64,000 bases of DNA from Balanoglossus misakiensis. Lineage: Eukaryota > Animalia > Hemichordata. The DNA is taken from contig CM082580.2 of assembly GCA_040954595.2 (NCBI GenBank), positions 3,958,783-4,022,782 of the forward strand, read 5' to 3'. Under the pieces are notes generated by a model, which made no database searches, was not told the origin of the DNA, and worked only from the letters and a program-made list of their open reading frames with translations. The position numbers were made by a program, and so were the translations under genes. The stretch's first letter is position 1, and each line of letters starts with the position of its first letter. Shown one piece after another: positions 42,201 to 54,396 of the stretch.

Positions 42201-45200
42201 TGCGTGAAATGCGCAAGATTTTGCGTTAACAGAACCACTGCCATAAACATTCCTTTCAGAAGATACATGAAAACTAATGGCCACTAGGCTTTCACTAAAA
42301 TCCCTCCATTAATTCAACTGCTCCATTAATTCAACCAGGACCAGGGAGATGTGATTTCCAGCATGGTTTCTGTACCTGGAGTCAAAGTTGTTTTGATCAG
42401 TTTGATTGGACGAGGAATAAAGGCAGTACAGACACAACATTCACGGGACCAAACCGAGATCATACACTGAACAATGTTTTAGGTAAGCCATTATGTATGT
42501 ATGGTTAAAGAAAAGAGAGTTTGACTGCAATATGAAATGTAACATTTCTTTCTAGGCCATATTACCTGGTGGTAGAAGGATTTGCCCTCAATTTCCAAAA
42601 TTTAATGAAAAACATTCAGTTTATTAGTGCAAAAGTATTGGGTGGACCTGTAGTAATTAACAGAAAAAAACTTAATATTTATAAGGAAGTATTTCTTTAA
42701 TATTTTTGTTAAAAAGAAGTCTGGTAGAAGGAAGCTGCAGGTCTCAATTTGTTTGCAGACTGTAATATTTCATTATTTGTTTTGTAAAATGTTCCTTATA
42801 GCTGTCTCATAAATTATGGGTCAGGTATTGTCATAATAAGTAGAAATTCAACAAGTTTCTTTCAAGATGAAAGATTTATCTGACATACGGTACGTGCATA
42901 CACACGTTAACCAGGTCAAGTGACCGTCCGTAAACTAAAAATATGAAATCCTATGAAAATTTATGGTAAACTGTCATATTATTGTGCATCATAAAGTAAA
43001 CACAGTATCTCCCAAGTCAAATATTTAAGGACCAGGATTTATTTGTCTTATACGGTATCTTATGTGCACTGGGTAAAACTGGAAGTTGCAGAGACAAGTA
43101 GTATTTGCCATTTGTAAACATAGAGGATTAATCCTTTGAGTCACTTTATGTCTACACAAAGGTCCACACACACAAAGTTTGAGCATAGACCCTGACCCTG
43201 TTGCAGAGAGGTGTTAATTCATTACACTAGCACAGACCACCAAAACGTCTCAAGTCTGAAATGTTCCAGGACCACTTAAATCGGTCACACATAATAATTT
43301 TGGCCAGTATTTGAGCTGAAATGTTTCAGAAACATTTCATGTATTTTTTTACAAAGAAGGTGATAAGAAACTGTGAAGATCTCAATCAGTTGAGGGGGAT
43401 GGTATATATTTTTTAGTAATTTAAGTGTTCCTTCTAAGTGTCATAAATTAAGAGTCACTGTATTGTAGCAGTACAAAGTCAATAGTTAAATAATAACACA
43501 TGATAGCGAGGGCAACATCACGATTTGAAGCCTGCACGAGGGATGGAACCAGAAATAATAGAATGAAATTCTTAATAAACTTTTCTGATGTATTTTTTTT
43601 CATGTGGTTGTCAGAGCAGGGCATGTGGGATAGATAACGTACGACACAATGAATGATCTCATTATGAATTTTGTGTATTTTCCCTGTCAGGATATTATGC
43701 ATATATTTCTGCGGCTGATCAGAATATTGGTGACATAGCTGATCTAACAAGTATATCATGGTCTGCCTCAGACACACTGCTATGTAAGGTAACTTGACAA
43801 TTGCTTACTGTATATTACTTTCTAAGCCAGCCAGTTTTATCAGTTTTAAAGAAATTTTGGAAAGGAAGAATCTTCAACAACAATGTAGAGCTGGAGAATG
43901 TGGAAGTTTGTCATTTATTTTTTTTTAATCGTTTATATATACGCAGTGATATCAACAAAGTTTGGGAAATGTGTAATGTATTATGTTGATGTCGAAATGT
44001 AATTTATCGCAGAAATATTGAAAAATTCCTCATTTCAAAAAAAAACCCCACTGCTGATGTTTCAACTTATTCTGAACTTCATGTTCAGCCTCTGGTTCTT
44101 CTTTGGTAAAACTTATTACTGTATCACTTAAATGAATGAGATTGATGATTTTTCTTTTCTTTTAGATAAGATTCTACTACCACATGTATGGTGCTGGTAT
44201 CGGCACTCTTACAGTTCTTGTCAAAGATCTCGTATCAGGTGCAACTGAAACAAAATGGTTTGAGACAGGAAATCAAGGCGAAGAATGGCAATTTGCCTCT
44301 GTGGATTTAAGCAACAGCTTTGATGAATTTGAGGTCAGAAAAAAAAAGAAATATTTCTTTCTGTGTTTTTTATCTAACTTTGGATGTTTGGATGTTTGGT
44401 TACACTCAAAACTGTAAAACTACTACCGTAGTTTGCCGGGTAAGAGCCCCGGGTGCTGGGCCAACAGATTAGCGAAAAAACAGGGGGGGGGCTTTAGCCC
44501 GGATATGGCCTCGAGATTTATGCAAATGAGGGATGGCCACCTCGACTTTTATGCACATTTTTGAGTGGTTCATTCTCCGAGTCCAAGTCGGGATCTTGGG
44601 TGTTTCGCGTCGAGGACGGACTGAAGCAGCTCCACGCGGCCGCTTTGGAAAGCTCCCCGGTGACCTCACACGCGGCAGCGCGTCCATCTACGTGATCGTT
44701 GAATTCGAGGCACGGTCCCGAGGGACCTGTCTGAGGTCATGTTTTCTAGAGCGGCTATATATAACTCAGCGTGGCCAGTCGGCCGCGGTGGGTACGATAA
44801 TCAGCGCGAAAGTAAATCATCATACATTTTTTTTTTTCACTTTTAGTGACTTTGGGGATGAAAATCCGCCTTTTTTGCATTGCACTTTATTAAATTTCCA
44901 AGAAATTAATGGATATTTGGCCGGGGGGGGGGGGGGGGGGGGGGGGGGCTTTAGACCGGATATGGCCTCGATCTACAAATGGGCCCTAAAACCAGGGGGG
45001 GCGTTTGTCCGAGCAGGGGTTCTTACCCGGACAACTACGGTATATACATGTATAAGTAACTTGAAACGTGTCATTACAGCCAGGAAGAAAAATATATTCT
45101 TCTAATCCCCATGTCAGCTTGTTCTCAGTTTAATTTTTTTTTTAATTCAGTATAAAACATTTTCATTTTATTTTTTGTTAGCACTAGTTCTCTTCATAGT

Positions 45201-48200
45201 CTCATTTCAAATTGAATGTTTGAATTACAAATTCTTTGCAATGGAATTTATGTGAAATTTTGGTGTGCAGTATACTAAAAATGGCTATAAAAATTTCTCT
45301 TGCCACTAAAAAATCCAGGCCTGGCCTAAATGTAATGATGTTTTTTCACTGTTTACTAAAGGTCATTATAAGAGCAAGCCGGGGAACAGACAATGATGGA
45401 CGTGGTGATATTGCAATTGATGATCTCTCTTTTACTAAAGGATGTGAACCCAGAAATGGTAAGACATGCGTTCAGAGAATGGTTTTTGTCAATTACACAT
45501 TTCAACATTTCTATTCATTATTTATTTATTTATTTTTCACATTTCATGACTTAAAAAAAATTAGTTTTAAACATTTGTAAACTGTATTATTATACATCTA
45601 GTGCCGAGAACAATAGATTTTGGCGTGCAATAAAAAGCCGTACGGAACGGTACGTACGGAACGCGCGTTAAATAAGTTTTAGGTTTCAAGGCGCCCCAAC
45701 TCACCGTGTACAGGTATGCGTTGTTATGCGGACGGTTTCAAGGGGCCCCCACTCCAACGCACGTGCGCACACGTAAACAAAAAACAAAGATGGCTGCTCA
45801 CTGAGTCAACTGAGCGGTTTTCGATCGATTGTATCGGCATTTTTGGCGTTTTGAAAGCCAAGTAACATGCAACACAAGAACTAACGGAGATGTAAGATGT
45901 ATAATAATAAGGTTATTACGAAAATACCGCAAAGTATGCACTCGGACATTACCGCAGCGCATCGCCCTCCGCTACGCGTCGGGCGATACTTGGCGCTAAT
46001 GTCCTCGTGCATACTTTGCGGTATTTTCGTAATAACCTCATATTATTCTTCTGATGTTTGTTAAAGTTTAAGAATTTGTTGTAATTTTACATGTCAGTGT
46101 GGGTAACACTCGGATACACTTGCACAGATATATTTTAAAGTTGGGCAAGGCCATGTACAACATGACTTACATTATGCATGTAATCATGAAAACATTGACA
46201 CTGTACACTAACCAAGACCGTTTATCATGTTTAAGTTGGCACAAAGTCAAAACAGTAGAGTGAGATTTCTGTATGATTTTGTTTAAAGGTATACGGTCAT
46301 TTATGCAAATTGAGATGTAGTTACCATGATAAATTGAGATCTAGCCAATCATGAATTTTCAGTGGGTGGCACACACAAAAAAAAAGAGTACCACCATATG
46401 TTCTTTAGAACACTCAAATATCAGTAAGTAAGTTAGGGGTGACTGTGTACCTTTAAGGGAATTTCCTGCAACCATTTCAAATAGTTTGATGTCACATTCA
46501 TGTGTGTAAAACATTTACATCCTATTTAAGTCAGTATGGGAGCAACAATGCCAGTGGCGCTATTTTCTGTTTGACCCCCTCAGATCTGCTACCACCTGAT
46601 CTGGCAGATGGCGTTCGTTTGGTGAATGGCTCCGGAACACATGAGGGAAGACTTGAGATTTTCTACAGTGGCCAGTGGGGCACTGTCTGTGATAGTGGAT
46701 TTGGTATGCCTGATGCGACTGTGGTCTGTGCTCATCTAGGTAATTGATTTATTGTGAACTTCAGTATTATCTGTTTTGCTTTTTGAAGGAAGAGAGGTAC
46801 TTTGTTTTCATTTGAATAGTTTGGTTTTTTGTTACATATCTATGTTGTCTCACATAAATATATACCGGTACATTGAACTAATGGCTTTAAAGGCCGATGT
46901 ACTATCCCTCACACCAAGCCCGGACTTTATTGAAAAGATAAGTGAACCAGTATAGTGTAAACTGGTTTTGGTTGTTGGGATTTGTGATCACTGTCACTAG
47001 GTAAATTAAGACAAAGCATAGTACAAATGCTAGTAATATATCAAGTGAAACAAAAACCACCAAGTAAACAAACTGAAAAGTTGTTCATATATGAGTCAGC
47101 CAATATTTACCACACACATTATGACACATATTGGTACAAGCTACCTCTCCACAGCTAGGAGGTATCTCGAATAACCTCCTTTCAAAGTCTCCTCATTTTA
47201 CAGCATTTCCAAGCTGATTAAAATCAGATTTAGAGTTGGCTCGGATTTTAGCTCCCATATGGTATATGTGTATATACACCAGTGGGACCTTATGGGATCG
47301 CTTGTGTCTATGTGTATGTATGTATGGATATATGTTTACATTTTGATGTTCGCTTCTTGAATGTCCACCCTTCTAGAGACAACATCCGAGAACAGAACAG
47401 AACAGCAAAGAACCAGCAAATGTAAAGGCCTGTTCTACATCTGATTTTAATCAGCTTGAGCGTTTTCTTTCTTCCACTTGGAAGTATAATATCAAGCCTG
47501 TGGCTAACAGTGGTACTCCACACAAGAACATAAATAATACTGGTATGTATTATGTTGTTTTGCAGGATATGATGCAGCCATCACTTATGTTGGTCAAGCA
47601 CATTTTGGCAGAGGATCAGGAAAAATATGGCTGACTGATATGCAGTGTAATGGGGATGAGACATCCTTATTTGATTGCAGCCATAGCGACTGGGATGATG
47701 TAGGTTCTTGTAGCCATGGTGATGATGTTGGTGTTGTTTGTAATACCACAGGTGAGATGTGGGGTACCTCTGATATAAATGTAAAATGTAATGTAAAACT
47801 GACCACAAATGTAAAACTCCCATCCCAATTCAGTTCAAGTGTGAATCCCAAAATTCCATTATTTGTATCCTATAAGTTTGGGAGAGCCAAAGATAAACCA
47901 TTTTTAAAGTGCTATCCTCATATTTGTAGCATTTTTTCCAAAAACCGTAATTGGCAACATGAAATGTTTGTGTCTGTTGTCCTCTAGAACATGTTCATTT
48001 TTTAGAGTTCTTTATGGAAATAGTGTTGCTCATTTCTAATGAATATATTGATTTGTAATGAATGAATAAATGAACTAATGAATGAAGATATGAATTACTG
48101 AGTGAGTGAGTGAGTGAATGAATGAATGGGTGAATAAGTGAATGAATGAACGAACGAACGAACGAACGAATGAATGAATGAATTGCTTTGTACTATATGT

Positions 48201-51200
48201 TGTTGATAGGTACATCTGGCCATGCCATGCGGTTATCAGGAGGACGTCCTGGAGTGCCGTTTGAAGGAAGAGTTGAGATGATACATGCAGGAAAGTGGGG
48301 CACCATATGTAACACCACCTTTGGTCGTCAGGAAGCTGGTATGCATTTGTTCTATCTTTGGTGATTTTCAATATGTTCTACTAAATGTGTGGATTGGCAT
48401 TGCAATGCACACATGCTAGTGTTGCACGAATGAATGCATGGACAGCTTCACTGATGATATACTGTAAAACGAGTTATTTTCATGACAGGGAATTTTCGCG
48501 ATATCAAAAGAGGCAACTGTTACGCGAGGATTAATTTTTGCATTCTCGTATTTCACTAATTGCGTCGTTATCTCCGAAAAACATTTTATGCAACTTTTTA
48601 TTTTCACGTTTTGGGGGGCTCGTGTATTTCGCGAAAATTTGTTGCTCGCGAAAATAACCTGTTTTACAGTAGTCAAAATCATAGCTCAGAATGATCTTAC
48701 ACCATCATTGACAAGGAATGATTTATCAAATTTCTCTGTGGTCACTTATCAAAATCTTATTTGTAGAATGCTGACCAGGATGTTGCATAAAATGGATAGC
48801 AAATTGTGATTGTAATATGACTTTATCCAAGACAAAAGTACACAATGTACTGGTAGAAAATCAACACTTGCAGGTGGACATGCCATATTTTGTAATGAAT
48901 GCTCAGTAATGATATACATCATTTTTTCTCTTTTCCACATTGACGTTATTAGCTGTGATCTGTAAGCAGTTACATTATGATTATGTGTATGAAATCAAGT
49001 CATTCGGAGCAGGCACGGGTGAAATTCATCTTGGATATCTTGATTGCTGTGGAACTGAAGATTTCATCAATGAGTGTAAACATTCTGCATGGGGTCAACA
49101 TTCTTGCGATCATTCCCAAGATGCCGGTGTTGTCTGCAAATGTAAGTACGCTTAGTATGTAGAACCAAAGCGACATCTTATGGCATATGTGATATTACCA
49201 TAGTGTGGCTAAAATTTGCTGATGACATACCAGTAGTCAGGCAGATCAACAGTACTGCATCACTGATGACATCAGCACATGTACTGATGACATAGTCAGA
49301 CAACCACAGTACAGCATCACTGATGACATCAGCACATGTACTGGTGACATTGTGTGTGTTTTCACACCTTACAAAATGTATCATCTATTTCATGGATAGT
49401 TGAGGGGGGAATTTACGTTATTACTATCTACTGTGCTCTACTGTGTGCACATATATTTTTTCAGGTAACATTTTCTGAACTGTTACCTGATCATAACACA
49501 CCTATAGTACAGGATACACAAAATGTTCTTGAAATTTATCGCATATTGACCTACTAGGAGAGCATACAGCTGTGACCTAATATCTACTTGAGGAAAAATA
49601 ATCTCTCTGTTCCCTGACGCTAAAGGCCAAGAGAAACAGTCCATTTGGGAAGGGATGACTCACAAACCTTAAAAGAAAGAGACAAACATCAAGCTTTTTA
49701 CTCAAATATGGCCAGTCAATATGTTTTCTAACACCTCAAGAAGTTTTGCACTCCAAGTCAATAAAGTATAAATGAAATTTTTGTCAAAGTTTACAAATTT
49801 GTTAATGAAATATCTCTTACTTCTTCTATTAAGACTTTCCAATTTTAGACATCAGAAGTAATTAATCTTTTCTTCTCTTGATTTCAGCCAATGACCATCC
49901 TCAAGAAGGCCACACACGTCTGGCAAATTCAAACAAGGATTATGAAGGCAGATTAGAAATCTACCATGACCATGAATGGGGCACGGTTAGTATCATTTCA
50001 GTTTTCACCCTTTATCCCCTCCAAGTTTAAATGGAACAGTCTGTTTTTTACCCAGAAACCAATGGATGTACAGTCCTTCACAAGATCATTAGATGCTATT
50101 AGATTCTTAACTTAATTATTTTGAAACTAAATGTTTCATTATGTGCGCATCTTCATATTATCTTGTCAGTGCCTATAGTTTGTATACACTTGATTGATGT
50201 CATGTGTTTGTCTCAGATCTGCTCTGATGGTTGGACCGTTACAAATGCTGATGTAGCATGCCGTGATCTGCTGTTCCACTATCCGTTGATATACCAGACG
50301 TCTGAGTTTGGACAAGGCACTGGAAGTGTCCACCTCAGCAATGTAAGTATACAAAGTCATCCTTCCAGGTACATTGTATGGGGAAATAAATAAACAATAA
50401 CCCCTCATCGTAGGCATGTATACGTGAGATTTGTGTACAATCAAATGGGAGCACCGTGTCCTTGGTGCTATTTTTCTACATAGGTGACATGAAGTTTTCA
50501 TAATGTATCAGTATCATAAGGCCAGAGTAAGTAAATTCTTTTTTTTTTGCGCTTCGCATGTGTTTGTTTTCAGAGGTTTTAAGAAAAACACACACACAGT
50601 TTTCTTGGGAAATTTTGCTCATGGACAATATTGTGTCACAAAAATAAGCCATGACTTTCATTGCACCAACATACTTCTTTGTGCAGTCACATGACAGCCA
50701 TAGAACCACTTGGCAATGTAAAATGGCCATGTCAAATCACTACAGGAACTTGCATAGCATGACAAAACTGTCAATGAAGGCATTTTTGTGTTGTGTATGT
50801 GATTTATAAGCACTTAGCCGTCTACCTTTCATAATTTTGAGTAGACGCAAAACAAAGAATTTACTGACTTTGGCCTAACGTAGCTATATGGCAAAATTTA
50901 AAATTCCTGCACTACCTTCTCAGTGATAAGAATTCTCATATTTGCATATATTATAATATCAGTACGTACATTTGTATGAATATTGAGGATGGAATATTGC
51001 ATGCTGACCCTGCCAATCTCTGTCTGTCTCCATTTCAGGTTGATTGTGATGGTACTGAACAGTCCATATCTGAATGTGATAACACTGGATGGGGAAATAG
51101 TGGGTGTGCAGTGCGTCAAGATGTTGGCATTGAATGCTCTGGTAAGATTATTTATAATGACAGCATCATCATTTGTGCACAGGGACCGGACAGTACAGCA

Positions 51201-54200
51201 GAGTCACCGATTGTCATTTAACAATGCATTTCAATCTTGCTGTCTTTCATTCTATTTGAAACATTGATACACATTGTTATAGAACATATTATGTGTTAAG
51301 TACCGTAAAACAGAAAATGTTTGCGAACAAAAAATAGTCAGAAACTTCACAGGAACCAAAAAAACATGTTAATAAATAGTCACGAAAGAACAATGTGTAC
51401 AATAAAATGTTATTCAGAGATAAAGAGAAAGCAAAAATTAATCATCGCGGAATGATCGCCTCTGTTGATCTCGCGAAAAATTTGCTGTCGCAAAAATTTC
51501 CCGTTTTACAGTATTTTCTTCTTTTGGAGATCTTTAACTGTGCCTTTCACCTTCTTTTCTGCCACCCAGTCACTCCGCCATCTCTTACGCTGGTGACTTC
51601 CTCCGCTGATAATGTTGGTTGTCTACAGTTGACCAACAATGAAGGAAAGCAGGTTTGCTTGAACGGCGTGCCATCAACCACACTCGATGTCATCTGTAAA
51701 GAATTGGGATTTGAAGAAGCCGATAGGATAGACACTTCTACAAAGTGTCCGCCGTCTGCCAAACAAAGGATTATGATCAGGGTAAGTTAAATTGACAATA
51801 ATGTAGTACATGTACATAATGTACTGTTAAACATGGTATTTTGCGAGCAATAAACTCACGAAATACGCGTGAGCCAAAATAACATGAAAATAAAAAGTCG
51901 CGTAAATTTTTTTTTGGGAGATAATGATGCAGTAAATGACATAAGAGAAGGCGAAAATTAATACTCGCAAAACAGTTGCCTCTTTTGATATCGCGAAAAT
52001 TTCCTGTCGCGAAAATAATATATTTTACTGTATGTGATACAGATAGAAGCAACATGATCAACTGGTCTGCTCAGCTAGTGTCCAGTAATCTTTGCCATAA
52101 TTGCTGTTAAAGGGGAAGGTTACCCAGCAATCTTGTGTTCATCAATAAAAAATCTATGAAAAACTGATGCAGTATCCAACTTACTGATTGTACGATGACA
52201 CCCATTTGAAAACACTTGTTGTACCGTAGACGGAAGTGATGTACGTGCCTAGCACTGCACTGATGCTTTCAGGGCTTGCCAAGCTATGGTGTCAGTGTTT
52301 AAGTGTCACTTCCACTTATAACCAGTGGTTTTTAAAAGGACACCATAATGCTATCAGGGGTCACATGACATATTCTGTCCAATAACAGCATGAGATGAGC
52401 ATGGAGTATGTTCTTGGGATCTGTATTTCATACATGCTTCATGATACAGGTGTTATCAATACTATTGTGAGGTATCTTTCTAATAATTTCATTTTTTTTA
52501 CAAACCAGGCAACTTGTAGTGGAAATGAAGATAGCTTGAGTGATTGCCAGAATTATGGTTGGACGTCTGCATCAGGAAGTTTTTGCAGCGATGCAAATAA
52601 TGACCCGACGTTGGTGTGTACCCCAAGACCGACTACAACTCCAAAACCGGTAACAAGACCATCGACAACAGTGCAATCATCACCACCACCACAGTCAGGC
52701 GTATGGAGAATTGAAGTAACTGGTGGTAAGGTTTATTTGTACTTTAAAGTTGCATAATCAACTTTTAATAATAACAAATTATATTATGATTTCTGCTGAA
52801 AATTGTACATAAATTGTCTCAAATTTGAAATTCAAAATGGCCACCAACATCAATGTTATCTCTATAGAAATTTTTTTTTAGTGATTTTTATAAAAAAACA
52901 AGATTATGACCACCCTGTTTTCTTCATTGTTTCCCAAAAGACTCCTCACTCACTTAAAAATATCAAAGAAATGAAAGGTTTGGTTTCATTTTTCTAAAAA
53001 TCGGTCAAAGAGGTTCCTATACTACCAGTTGTCATTATTAGTTAGCAAGTGGTGATCCTGTTTGTATTGTAGAGAGGTGCAATGGTGGGACCTACAGTAT
53101 CGATGGCAGACATGCTACAGTCTGGTCACCCAATTATCCAAACTCGTATCCAAACAGTCTTGACTGTCAATGGTTGGTTACACTGACAGAGGGAGGCAGC
53201 ATTACTTTTCAATTTGAAGGTGAGATATTTATATTCACATCCTCATCCATAGCAGTGAATGTATCGACAACAGTCGACATTGGTTCACACACTAACAATG
53301 CAACTACCTCTATTAGTCGGTATGATGATTGATTGTTATGTACAGTGGAAACAGAAACAAGATAAATTTTGCATGTAATTTATATAAAGTTATTTGATTT
53401 TTTTTTTTAATCTAAAAAAAATTCAATTCAATTTCATTCAATCGATAATTTATTATAGAAGTATTGGGTGCTTTGTATTGTCTCTAAAATATTGCTTATT
53501 GTGAATAAAAATTCATAAAAGCGACAGTTTCAGGTTAACATTGTGACCCCTATCCATTATGTCTTCATGTACCCGGTATATCTCTTTCTGTTGTCTACTG
53601 TAAAACGGGTTATTTCGCGAGCAATAAATTTTCGCAAAATACGCGAGTCAAAAAAACATGAAAATAAAAAGTCGCGTGAATTTTTTTCAGAGATACCAAT
53701 GCAGAGAAATACGAGAACGCAAAAATTAATCCTCGTGTAACAGTTGCCTATTTTGATATCGCGATAATTTCCTGTCGCGAAAATAACCCGTTCTACAGTA
53801 TGACCGCGATGTGGATTCACACATTATGTTACTGACATTGTATAATGTTATTTTCTTGCTTTCATTTCAGCATTGCATATTGAAGCAAATGATGAACTGT
53901 CTCTAAGGGATGGCCCATCTGTGCTTTCCCATCCAATTGCTCAGTACAGAGGAGTCCATTTTCCGGATTCAGAGAAAACACTCGGTCCAAATCTTCACAT
54001 TTCCTTCATGAGTGACGCTCTTAATTCCTACACTGGATTTAAAATCCATCTGTCCAAAACTGGTATGTCATATATTTTGGTTGATTGTGTAGAACAGAAT
54101 TCCTTCAAGACTATACACTAGGGTTTATGACCCTAAATCTACTCTTTTTGTTTTCCAAAATAATGACTATGGTCTGAATTGGGACAAGGAGAAAGAGAAA

Positions 54201-54349
54201 AACAAGCACATATCATTATCGGTCAGTCATCACCTGTGTGCAAGAATCATCTGGTTTTCTCAAGCATTCTTCTTAATTCTGATGTGTGCATCAAGTATGG
54301 CTAACATCCTTGCCTTCTGATACCATCATTGTTGTTGTACACAGCAATC

Positions 54350-54396
<47 letters not shown>

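Noticed and set aside
44533-45105. 190-aa ORF
   Set aside because: Lies within a GC-rich MITE, runs through a poly-G tract and has no transposase or other domain motifs.
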